Source: Flavobacteriales bacterium (GTDB taxonomy: Bacteria > Bacteroidota > Bacteroidia > Flavobacteriales_F > PHOS-HE28). Taken from it: DNA of 64,000 nucleotides. The stretch is taken from assembly GCA_041691695.1 (NCBI GenBank), contig JBEPUG010000003.1, forward strand, positions 7,445-71,444. The letters run 5' to 3'. Numbering within the stretch: position 1 is the stretch's first letter; every line of letters starts with the position of its first letter. Positions 9,929 to 18,732 of this stretch are shown here, piece by piece. Made by a program: the position numbers and the translations under genes. The notes beneath the pieces are model-generated. The model worked only from the letters and a program-made list of their open reading frames with translations, searched no databases and was not told where the DNA came from.

Positions 9929-10882
9929 ATGAACGCGGATAATGCAAATACAGACCGGAACCACCTGACGACTATCGGGATGGCTGCGGTAGTGCTGGCG
10001 AGCTTGATGGTTGCCGGGTGCAGCTCCGGTGATCCATCGGACGGCGGTGATGCCACCGATAGCCGCACGCCAGTTACCGTGACGCAGGTGCGGATGGGGT
10101 CTATCCAGAATACAGTGACGCTCAACGCCACGGCGCGCTTCCTGCGGAAGAACACTGTCCGCTCCACAGTGAACGGCCGTGTGGAGCGCGCTGACATCGC
10201 TTTGGGTGATCAGGTGGTGGCAGGCCGACCGATCTATGTGCTGCGCACGAAGGAGGCCGAGGCCTTGAGCGCATTGGCCGCACGTGACAGCAGCTTTCGT
10301 ATCCACGGGTCCATCACCATCAACGCACCGAGCAGTGGCATCGCCGTGGAAGTGGACAAGTTGCTGAACGACTACGTGAACGACGGGGACCAGTTGGCCG
10401 TGATCGCCGATGCGAGCAGCTCCGTCTTCCTGATGCAGGTGCCCTACGAGTTGGCGAAGAGCGCGCATGTGGGCGCCAAGTGCGTGGTGCTTCTGCCGGA
10501 TTCCAGCACTGTTCCCAGCACCATCGCCACACCTCTTTCCTTGATGGACTCTGCCTCGCAAACGCAACGCTGGGTAGTGAAGCCTATCGGGTCCGCCGTA
10601 TTCCCGGAAGGACTTACCGGCACCGTGCGCATCACCGTGGACCAGCATGCCGGGGCACAGATACTTCCCGTAAGCAGCGTGCTCGGCAACGAGGAGATGA
10701 CGAAATTCTGGGTGATGCGCCTCACCAACGATAGCACCGCCGTGAAGGTGCCCGTGCAGCGCGGCATTGTCACCCACGACAGCGTGGAGGTGTCAAAACC
10801 GCAGTTCGCTGCAGGCGACCGCATTCTGCTCACCGGAGGCTACGGCCTACCGGACACGGCGAACGTGATCATCACGCACTGA
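9929..10882 (+). CDS. Efflux RND periplasmic adaptor subunit (HlyD/CzcB-like membrane fusion protein)
   Basis: 317 aa with a lipoprotein-like N-terminus (LMVAGCSS) and a beta-barrel/lipoyl-like layout. The true start may be the internal Met at about 9980. Confidence 0.8.
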   Translation: MNADNANTDRNHLTTIGMAAVVLASLMVAGCSSGDPSDGGDATDSRTPVTVTQVRMGSIQNTVTLNATARFLRKNTVRSTVNGRVERADIALGDQVVAGRPIYVLRTKEAEALSALAARDSSFRIHGSITINAPSSGIAVEVDKLLNDYVNDGDQLAVIADASSSVFLMQVPYELAKSAHVGAKCVVLLPDSSTVPSTIATPLSLMDSASQTQRWVVKPIGSAVFPEGLTGTVRITVDQHAGAQILPVSSVLGNEEMTKFWVMRLTNDSTAVKVPVQRGIVTHDSVEVSKPQFAAGDRILLTGGYGLPDTANVIITH

Positions 10883-10885
10883 AGA

Positions 10886-13800
10886 ATGAAAGACTTCTTC
10901 GTCCGCTATAAGAACCCCGTGACGGTTATGCTCGCGGTGGTGCTGATGGGTGGCCTCTTCACCTACACGCGTCTGCAATCCTCGCTCTTTCCAGAGGTCA
11001 CCTTCCCGAAGGTGAAGGTGATCGCGGACAGTGGGCTGCAACCGGCGGGGAAGATGATGGTGAGCGTGACGCGCCCGTTGGAAGCGGCGATCAAGCGGGT
11101 GCCTTCGTTGCGTAAGGTGCGCAGCGTCACCGGGCGCGGCAGTTGTGAGATCAGCGCATTCCTCGACTGGGGTACGGACATCGATCTCGCCAAGCAACAG
11201 GTGATCGCCGCCGTAGGCCAAGTACGTGGCGATCTGCCAGCGGGCACCACCATCACGGTGGAGAAGATGGATCCATCGATCCTGCCCGTGATGGGCTATG
11301 TGATCGGCGGCGGGAACAAGAGCGCGATCGAACTCAACCTCATCGCGGAATACACCGTGCGCCCCTATCTCTCGCAGGTGGAGGGCGTCAGCGATGTGCG
11401 CACCATCGGCGGGCGGAATAAGGAATACCGGATCACGCTGCGACCGGAGGTGATGAGCGCCTTGCACATCGCGCCGGACACCGTGATCGGTGCGCTCGGC
11501 CGCACCAACTTCCTCAGCAGCAACGGCTGGCTCTTTACCAACCACCGCATGTACCTCACCGTCACAGACGCCACGGTGGGCAGCTTGGCCGGCCTGCGCC
11601 AACTGGTGATCGCCAACGATGGCAGGCGCATTGTGCGGCTCAGTGACATCAGCACCGTGGACGTGGCGGAGGAACCGGCATACACCCGCGTGAACGCGAA
11701 TGGGAACAATGCCGTGCTGGTGGCGGTGGTCAAGCAGCCCAAGACCAACCTCATCGCCATCACGGACAGTGTGAAGCAACGCGTGAAGGAACTCAACAAC
11801 GGGCTGCTGCCGCAAGGCGTGAAGCTGACACCCTACTACGTGCAGGCCGATTTCGTGCACGACTCCATCCGCAGCGTGCAGGATGCACTGTGGATCGGGC
11901 TGCTGCTGGCGATCGTGGTGGCGATGATCTTCCTGCGTTCGTGGCGCTCCAGCCTCGTGCTGCTCATCACCATACCGGTGACGCTGGGCCTTTCGTTGAT
12001 CGTGATGCACGCGCTCGGGCACACGCTGAACATCATGACGCTCGGTGCGTTGGCGGCGGCGATCGGCCTCATCATCGACGATGCGATCGTGGTGACCGAG
12101 CAACTGCATCGCACGCATGAGGAGCATCCCGGCAGGCCCTCGCGCGAATTGATCGGCGGCTCAGTGAGATTCCTGTTCCCCGCGATGGTGGCCTCCTCCC
12201 TCAGCACCATCGTGATCTTCCTGCCCTTCGTGCTGCTCAGCGGCGTGGCAGGCGCATATTTCAAGGTCCTCACGGACACCATGATCATCACCTTGGTGTG
12301 CTCATTCCTGGTGACGTGGATCGGACTGCCAGTGTTGTATTTGCTGCTGGCATCGCCGGTAGCGGTCACCGATCAGGTCGACCCGCCGGTGCAAAAGTCC
12401 AGTGGCGGCTGGGTGCGTTGGTTCATCCGGAAACCTTGGTTGAGCTTTGCCTTCCTGGCGTTGATCGGCATCCTGGCCTATGTGGCCGCCAAGCAACTGG
12501 GAACAGGCTTCCTGCCGGAGATGGATGAGGGATCGATCGTCCTGGACTATTCCTCGCCGCCCGGCACCTCGTTGGAAGAGACGGACCACATGCTGCGCGA
12601 AGCCGAGAAGACCTTTGCCGCCGTGCCGGAGATCCAGAGCTACAGCCGCCGCACCGGTACGCAGATGGGCTTCTTCATCACCGAGCCCAACTACGGCGAC
12701 TACCTGATCCAATTGAAGAAGAGCCGGACGCGCACCACCACGGAAGTGATCGACGATATCCGCCAACGCTTCGAGGCTTCACAGCCCGCGCTGCGCATCG
12801 ACTTCGGCCAGGTGATCGGCGACATGCTCGGCGATCTGATGAGCAGCACGCAGCCCATCGAGATCAAGGTCTTCGGCAACGACCAGCACCAGTTGCAGGC
12901 CTTGGCACAAAAGGTGGCAAATGTGGTGGAGGGCGTCAACGGCACGGCCGATGTCTTCGACGGTATCATCATCGCCGGGCCTTCCGTGGACATCCGCACG
13001 GACGATCAGGCCTTGGCACGTCGCGGACTTACACCACAGGGTCTTAACGACCAGCTTGCCACGCAACTGCAAGGCACCAACGTGGGCAAGGTGTACGAAC
13101 GCGAACTGGTAACGCCGGTGCGGATGGTCTACCCTCACGCCGCCTCCACTTCGCTCAGCGACCTGGAGCATGCGCGCGTCTTTCTGCCCGATGGCCAGCT
13201 TGTTTCCGCCTCGCAGGTCGCGCAGATCAGCGTGACGCCCGGCGAGGCCGAGATCGAACGCGAGGACCTGCAACCGATGGTGCCCGTAACGGCGCGCCTC
13301 AACGGCCGGGACCTCGGCAGCGTAATGAAGGACATCAAAACGGGCATCAGCAAGGACGTGGCTCTGCCGCAGGGCTACCACATTGCCTACGGCGGCGCAT
13401 ACCAGGAGCAGCAGCAAAGCTTTCGCGAGCTCTTGATGATCCTCGGCGCCGCGAGCATGCTCGTGTTCATCGTGCTGCTCTTCCTCTTCCGCGACCTGCG
13501 GGTGGCCCTGGTGATGCTGGGCCTCGCGCTCTTCGGCGTCTGCGGCTGCATCCTCGCGCTCTACATCACCGGCACGCCGCTCAACGTGGGCAGCTACACC
13601 GGCACCATCATGATCGTCGGCATCATCGGCGAGAATGCCATTTTCACCTACCTCCAGTATGCGCATAACCGCAAGGAGCAAGGTGTGGATGATTCGCTCA
13701 CCTACGCGATCGGCACGCGTCTTCGGCCCAAGCTGATGACCGCGCTTGGCGCCATCGCCGCACTTTCGCCCATCGCGCTGGGCATCGGTGCGGGCGCGCA

Positions 13801-13945
13801 ATTGCACCGGCCATTGGCCATCGCTGTGATCGGTGGCTTCATCCTTGCGCTACCGTTGTTGCTCATTGTGCTTCCCAGCATGCTGCGGCTCGTGCATCGC
13901 GGCGAACGAGAAAAGCAACCTTCCTCGACCATCTCATCCGACTAA
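10886..13945 (+). CDS. CzcA/CusA-family heavy-metal efflux RND permease
   Basis: 1019 aa with 12 TM helices and two large periplasmic loops. The conserved transmembrane region AIGLIIDDAIVVTE is present. Confidence 0.9.
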   Translation: MKDFFVRYKNPVTVMLAVVLMGGLFTYTRLQSSLFPEVTFPKVKVIADSGLQPAGKMMVSVTRPLEAAIKRVPSLRKVRSVTGRGSCEISAFLDWGTDIDLAKQQVIAAVGQVRGDLPAGTTITVEKMDPSILPVMGYVIGGGNKSAIELNLIAEYTVRPYLSQVEGVSDVRTIGGRNKEYRITLRPEVMSALHIAPDTVIGALGRTNFLSSNGWLFTNHRMYLTVTDATVGSLAGLRQLVIANDGRRIVRLSDISTVDVAEEPAYTRVNANGNNAVLVAVVKQPKTNLIAITDSVKQRVKELNNGLLPQGVKLTPYYVQADFVHDSIRSVQDALWIGLLLAIVVAMIFLRSWRSSLVLLITIPVTLGLSLIVMHALGHTLNIMTLGALAAAIGLIIDDAIVVTEQLHRTHEEHPGRPSRELIGGSVRFLFPAMVASSLSTIVIFLPFVLLSGVAGAYFKVLTDTMIITLVCSFLVTWIGLPVLYLLLASPVAVTDQVDPPVQKSSGGWVRWFIRKPWLSFAFLALIGILAYVAAKQLGTGFLPEMDEGSIVLDYSSPPGTSLEETDHMLREAEKTFAAVPEIQSYSRRTGTQMGFFITEPNYGDYLIQLKKSRTRTTTEVIDDIRQRFEASQPALRIDFGQVIGDMLGDLMSSTQPIEIKVFGNDQHQLQALAQKVANVVEGVNGTADVFDGIIIAGPSVDIRTDDQALARRGLTPQGLNDQLATQLQGTNVGKVYERELVTPVRMVYPHAASTSLSDLEHARVFLPDGQLVSASQVAQISVTPGEAEIEREDLQPMVPVTARLNGRDLGSVMKDIKTGISKDVALPQGYHIAYGGAYQEQQQSFRELLMILGAASMLVFIVLLFLFRDLRVALVMLGLALFGVCGCILALYITGTPLNVGSYTGTIMIVGIIGENAIFTYLQYAHNRKEQGVDDSLTYAIGTRLRPKLMTALGAIAALSPIALGIGAGAQLHRPLAIAVIGGFILALPLLLIVLPSMLRLVHRGEREKQPSSTISSD

Positions 13946-13957
13946 AAAGAAACGCCC

Positions 13958-14983
13958 ATGAAAACGAAGATCATCGGCCTTTGCCTAGCTCTGCTGGCAA
14001 GCCACGTCTGTCTTGCACAGGGCGGCTATGGCGTCGTCAACAAATTCCCGATCCCAGGCGATGGCCATTGGGATCTGCTTGCCGTGGATGATGCCACCGG
14101 GCGCGTCTTCCTCTCACACGGCACAGAGACCAATGTGGTGGATGGGAAAACCGGCGAATTGCTCGCTACCATCCCACACACCAATGGCGTGCATGGCATC
14201 GCGATCGCTGCGGAAATGAAAAAGGGATTCATCAGCTGCAAAGACGATTCCTCGGTGGTCATCTTCGATCTTGATAGCTATAGCGAGCTGGCCCGCGTGA
14301 AGGTGAACGGCTCCAGTCCCGACGCGATCATCTACGATCCGTTCTCGCACGCTGTGGTGGTATTCAACGGGCATAGTTCCAATGCCACCGTGATCGATGC
14401 GAAGTCCAACGCGGTGATCAACAACATCGCTTTGCCCGGCCAGCCCGAACTTGCGGTGAGCGACGGCGAAGGGCACATCTACGTGAATCTGGAGGACAAG
14501 AGCAAGGTCTGTGCGATCGATGCGCGATCGTGGAAGGTGGAACACACCTGGCCACTGGCGCCCGGTGAAGGCCCCAGCGGTTTGGCCATGGACGTGAAGA
14601 CGCACCGCCTCTTCTCCAACTGCGACAACAAGCTGATGGTGGTGATGGACGCGCAAAGCGGCAAGGTGATCAAGACGCTCCCTATCGGCGAAGGTGTTGA
14701 TGGTGCCGCCTTTGATCCCGGCACCAAGCGTGCTTTTGCGCCCAACGGCGAAGGCACATTGACCGTGGTGCAAGAGGTCGGCGCGGACAGGTTCGAGGTA
14801 TTGGCCACCGTGCCCACGCAAAAGGGCGCGCGCACCATCGCCATCGATACGCGCAAGCACCACCTCTACCTGCCCACTGCGCAATTCGGACCCAAGCCCG
14901 CGCCCACTAAGGAAATGCCCCGTCCGAGGCCTGCACTTATTCCGGGCTCATTCATTTTGCTTGATGTGGCGCCGATGCCGTGA
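13958..14983 (+). CDS. YncE-like (YVTN) beta-propeller repeat protein, exported
   Basis: 341 aa with signal peptide ...CLAQ|G. Periodic propeller blades are visible (for example GVHGIAI, SPDAIIYDP). Confidence 0.75.
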   Translation: MKTKIIGLCLALLASHVCLAQGGYGVVNKFPIPGDGHWDLLAVDDATGRVFLSHGTETNVVDGKTGELLATIPHTNGVHGIAIAAEMKKGFISCKDDSSVVIFDLDSYSELARVKVNGSSPDAIIYDPFSHAVVVFNGHSSNATVIDAKSNAVINNIALPGQPELAVSDGEGHIYVNLEDKSKVCAIDARSWKVEHTWPLAPGEGPSGLAMDVKTHRLFSNCDNKLMVVMDAQSGKVIKTLPIGEGVDGAAFDPGTKRAFAPNGEGTLTVVQEVGADRFEVLATVPTQKGARTIAIDTRKHHLYLPTAQFGPKPAPTKEMPRPRPALIPGSFILLDVAPMP

Positions 14984-15034
14984 TCACCGGTGGCCTGTTA
15001 CCCACAACTGGATCGTCCGTTACACCAGCTTCCA

Positions 15035-15061
15035 CGATGACGCTTTTTTCTTACGTCATCG
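15035..15061 (+). other. Hairpin (8-bp stem CGATGACG/CGTCATCG, 11-nt T-rich loop) about 50 nt after the yncE-like stop
   Basis: Palindrome read directly from the sequence. There is no 3' U-tract, so terminator function is uncertain. The 3' arm is also the first module of the family-1 dispersed repeat. Confidence 0.3.
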
Positions 15062-15134
15062 CGACAACCCATCGTCATCGCGATGAGGCTTTGCGAAGAA
15101 GCGATCTCATTCTGGCGCCTACGGCACGGATCGG
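15054..15134. repeat. Dispersed mosaic intergenic repeat, family 1 (copy E1: CGTCATCGCGA...GCGAAGAAGCGATCTCATTCTGGCGCCTACGGCACGGATCGG)
   Basis: 29 of 33 nt identical to 20393-20426. Shares the CGTCATCGC / GCGAAG / GCGATCT modules with 20341-20426, 62907-62941 and 61273-61290. Confidence 0.7.
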
Positions 15135-15149
15135 ACGGGAGGTTCTTTT

Positions 15150-15174
15150 GACAGGATCACAGGATCTACAGGAG
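15150..15174. repeat. Tandem 8-nt tract GACAGGAT-CACAGGAT-CTACAGGA (family-1 module)
   Basis: Matches the reverse complement of 61313-61337 (ATCCTGTAGATCCTGTAATCCTGTC) at 22 of 25 positions. Confidence 0.7.
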
Positions 15175-15461
15175 AGATCGAAGGACACAGGACAACGAGA
15201 ACGGAACGCGGAGATCCAGATCTTGGATGCACATGGCGCGTCGTGTATCAGAATAGCTTCAAGGCATAAGAGTACTGATGGGCAAACAGTACAAGGCCCC
15301 ACAAGCCGCGCCGACCAGTTTCGGTGGAGCGCAAAGGGCGTTTATCTGGAAAGACCTAATGGAGTAGGGGCTGTATAAGTACGGACCGGACCCTCTGTCA
15401 CTAGCGTCCAGGCTAGGTTAGATCGTTTGCGCGCTTTTTATTGCGTGCGCGGATCCTGCCC

Positions 15462-17816
15462 TTAGCCATCCTCAGGCTCATCCAAGATCTTCAGCATCGG
15501 CTTCTTCTTGAAAGCACGCGTCGTCAAACGCTTGTTGAATGACAGCAGCATCGCGGGCAGAACGAGCAAGTTGGTGAGCATGGCAACGAGCAGGGTGATG
15601 GAGGTGAGCGTTCCCAGTGCGCGTATGCCGCCGAACTTGGATGCGGCGAACGTGATGAACCCGCAGAACAGGACCACCGAAGTGTAGATGATGCCTACAC
15701 TCACTTCGCGCACGGCCTTGTCCACGGACCGCGCCAGGTCCTGGCCGGTGAGCTTCAATTCCAAGCGGTAGCGGGCCAGCAGGTAGATGGCATTATCCAC
15801 CGCGATGCCCAGCGCGATGCCGAAGACCAGGATGGTACTCGGCTTGATGGGGACGTCGGTAAAGCCCATGAGCCCGGCCGTAAGGATCAATGGGATGAGG
15901 TTCGGGATGAGCGAGACGATGAGGATGCGCGCCGAGCCGAACAGCAGGGCCATGAGCGTGATGATGATGACGATGGCCCAGAACAAGCTCACAGCGAGGT
16001 TGCGCACCAAGTAGTTGCTGCCTTTGAGGAAGACGATGCTGGTGCCCGTGAATGTAACGGTGTACTTCGCCGGGTCGAAGATGCTGTCTACTTGTGGCGT
16101 CAACTTCTTCAGCAGTGCGTCCATGCGGGTGGTGCCGATGTCCGCCATCTGCACGCTGAGGTGCGTGATCCGGCGCGTGCTGTCCATGAAGGCTTTCGCC
16201 ATGTTCTGTTTCCGGTCCGCCTCACCGAGGTAGGGAGCGATGAAGGTCTTCTCACTACTTTTCAGCAGGGCGTATTTGCTCGGGTCGCCGCCGTAGAACC
16301 CTTGCCGCATGAACTTGATGGCATCCACGATGGCGAGCGGGCGCGAGAATTCAGGATAGGTGGCCAGCGTGTCCTCCAGCTTCTCGATGCGCAGCAAGGT
16401 AGCATCCTTCAGAACCCCTCCTTTCTTGTGCGTGTCGATGAGGATCTCGAGCGGCATCACGCCATTGAAGTTGTCCTCGAAGAAATGCAGGTCCGCCAGC
16501 ACCGGATTGTTCTTCGGCAGATCGTCCACGATGCGGCTCTCGTTCTGCAGCCGGGACACACCGAACAAAGCGACGGCCACACACACGAAGGTGACCACGT
16601 AGATCGCGGTGCGCCGCTTGTTCACCAGCCAGATGATGCGCTCCACCACGCGGTCCATCCAAGGCCGTTCCAGATGGCGCAGTTCGCGTGCCCGTGGCGC
16701 AGGCAAGTAGCTGAAGAAGATCGGAATGAGCACCATCGACAGCACATAGAGCGAGAGAATGCCCAGCGTGGCCACCAGACCGAACTCTTTGAGCACCGCG
16801 CTGTAGGTCACCATGAAGGCGGCGAAGCCTGCGGCTTTGGTGGCGTTGGTCATCAAGGCGGCCACGCCCACGCGCGAGATCATGCGGCTGAGCGCCTTCA
16901 TCTTATTGCCATGCCGCACGTACTCGTAGTGGTAGTTGTTGATGAGGAACACGCAGTTCGGCACGCCGGTAACGATCACCAGGGGAGCGATCACTGACAT
17001 GAGCAGGGAGATCTTGAAGCCCAGCAGGCCGATGAAGCCGAATGCCCAGATAACGGCCACGATCACCACTAACATGCAGGTCCATACCACCTGCATGGAG
17101 CGGAAGAAGAGGTAGAGCAGTATCGCGGAGACCAACAGCGAAAGGATCAGGAAGATCGGCATCTCCGCACGCACCAGCGAGGTGACCTCCATGCGGATGT
17201 AGGGCAGACCACTGTAATGCAGCTTCAAGCCTTCCTCCTTCTCGAACCGCGTGGTGCGTTGCAGGATGTTGGCGATCATGGCACCGCGCTCCTCGCTATT
17301 GAATTTCACCGGGTCCACGAAAACCATCATCAAACTGGCCTTCGTCTTCTCATTGTACAGCAGGCCCTTGTAGAACGGGAGGGCATGCACGCGCGCCATC
17401 AGTGTATCCATCTCCGCCGTTGTCCGCGGTGGATCCTTCATCACTGGCACCACACGGAAGCGCATCAACGAGTCGTCGCGCAGCAACGTGAACATGTGGG
17501 CCTCGCTGAAGACGGAATCAACGCCGTCGATCGTTCTCAGGTCCTTCCCCAAGGTGCTCCAAGCCGTGAATGCCTTTGGGGTGTACAAGCCTTCCCCCTG
17601 AACGCCCACCACGATCACGTTTCCATCCTCCCCGAATTGCTTTTGGAAGTACTGGTTCTCCACATAGGCACTGTCCGTTTTCGGGAGCAGCCCGCCATGC
17701 TCGTAGCTCATGCCCACCGTAGTGGCCTCGTAGCCCATGAACACGGTGACCAAGCCGATGGCGATGAGGATCGCCATCCGGTTGCGCAGTACGCGGCTTG
17801 CAAGCCAATTCCACAT
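15462..17816 (-). CDS. MMPL-family (RND superfamily) transporter
   Basis: 784 aa with a 2 x (1 TM + periplasmic domain + 5 TM) topology and an MMPL-type sequence. Confidence 0.8.
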   Translation of the reverse strand: MWNWLASRVLRNRMAILIAIGLVTVFMGYEATTVGMSYEHGGLLPKTDSAYVENQYFQKQFGEDGNVIVVGVQGEGLYTPKAFTAWSTLGKDLRTIDGVDSVFSEAHMFTLLRDDSLMRFRVVPVMKDPPRTTAEMDTLMARVHALPFYKGLLYNEKTKASLMMVFVDPVKFNSEERGAMIANILQRTTRFEKEEGLKLHYSGLPYIRMEVTSLVRAEMPIFLILSLLVSAILLYLFFRSMQVVWTCMLVVIVAVIWAFGFIGLLGFKISLLMSVIAPLVIVTGVPNCVFLINNYHYEYVRHGNKMKALSRMISRVGVAALMTNATKAAGFAAFMVTYSAVLKEFGLVATLGILSLYVLSMVLIPIFFSYLPAPRARELRHLERPWMDRVVERIIWLVNKRRTAIYVVTFVCVAVALFGVSRLQNESRIVDDLPKNNPVLADLHFFEDNFNGVMPLEILIDTHKKGGVLKDATLLRIEKLEDTLATYPEFSRPLAIVDAIKFMRQGFYGGDPSKYALLKSSEKTFIAPYLGEADRKQNMAKAFMDSTRRITHLSVQMADIGTTRMDALLKKLTPQVDSIFDPAKYTVTFTGTSIVFLKGSNYLVRNLAVSLFWAIVIIITLMALLFGSARILIVSLIPNLIPLILTAGLMGFTDVPIKPSTILVFGIALGIAVDNAIYLLARYRLELKLTGQDLARSVDKAVREVSVGIIYTSVVLFCGFITFAASKFGGIRALGTLTSITLLVAMLTNLLVLPAMLLSFNKRLTTRAFKKKPMLKILDEPEDG

Positions 17817-18194
17817 GTGGTTCTCTAGGGTACGGCGCTAAATGGTTGCGCGCGTGCGCTCTTCCTTACAGATCGTTGTTCAACCTTGGGTGCAGGCTGC
17901 CAACGCTGGCTGTTGCCCAGCGTCAACAAGGGATCAACGGTAAAAGTTCGCATGGACCGATCGTTTTCATGGGTCATGCACGATCTTCTGTCAGGGTCTA
18001 GGCCAACTCAACACCCGGGAAAAGGTGTTGTGGCTCTTATCCCCAACATCTCCTTTGGCCTCTATCTGGCGAGACCGTCCACGCTCGTGCCAGAGTCTAT
18101 GCGGTCAAGCACACACGAGCGAGTAGACTTGGTGAAAGCGGTGATAGACCGCTAAGTTCGTGGGATCCCCTACCCACAGAAGGCCCGGTACACC

Positions 18195-18539
18195 ATGAGC
18201 ATTCCCATTCCCTTCCAGATCACTGAATGGGCCGCAGTGCCTGTGACAGTGGTACCCGGCACCACCGGCACCGCATCGATGAGGACGCAGCAACTCGGAG
18301 GTATACGCATCCGCATGGTCGAATACAGCGCCAACTACTTCGCCGACCATTGGTGCCAGCTGGGTCACTTGGTCTTCGTGCTGGAAGGCGAATTGATCAA
18401 CGAACAGGAGAATGGCCAGACATCAGTCCTCGGGGCCGGTTCGTCCTATGCCGTTTCGGACGGGCTGAGCTCGCATCGCTCACGCACGGCAGGGCCCGTG
18501 AGATTATTGATCGTGGACGGTTCGTTCTTGAAGGGGTAG
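18195..18539 (+). CDS. Small cupin-fold protein (DHCW-motif-cupin-like; here DHWC)
   Basis: 114 aa. Sequence ...YFADHWCQLGHLVFVLEGEL... resembles the DHCW-motif cupin family. Confidence 0.5.
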   Translation: MSIPIPFQITEWAAVPVTVVPGTTGTASMRTQQLGGIRIRMVEYSANYFADHWCQLGHLVFVLEGELINEQENGQTSVLGAGSSYAVSDGLSSHRSRTAGPVRLLIVDGSFLKG

Positions 18540-18732
18540 GCCAACGGACATTCCCGCAAGGCTCAACTGTGGAGGGGGCATCCGCGCGCGCGAGTATGTG
18601 TGGTTCAGCAAATGCTGGCCAGGGAGGTCCTCTCATTACGGCCGTTAACGTTTTGCAAAACCACTGAACAGGGTGCGGTCTGCATGCTGCATGGTGGGTT
18701 CCTTTGTGTACACGGACCAAGGCACAACTCGG

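Noticed and set aside
10847-12127. 426-aa minus-strand ORF (and 12779-13807, 342 aa)
   Set aside because: Antisense to the CzcA pump gene. Arg/His-rich composition typical of reverse-frame GC-rich DNA.
15421-15450. GCGCGC-tttttattgcgt-GCGCG palindrome near the MMPL gene end as a rho-independent terminator
   Set aside because: The loop is too long and there is no U-tract in the right orientation for the minus-strand gene.
16092-16997. 301-aa plus-strand ORF
   Set aside because: Antisense to the MMPL transporter gene. No motifs.
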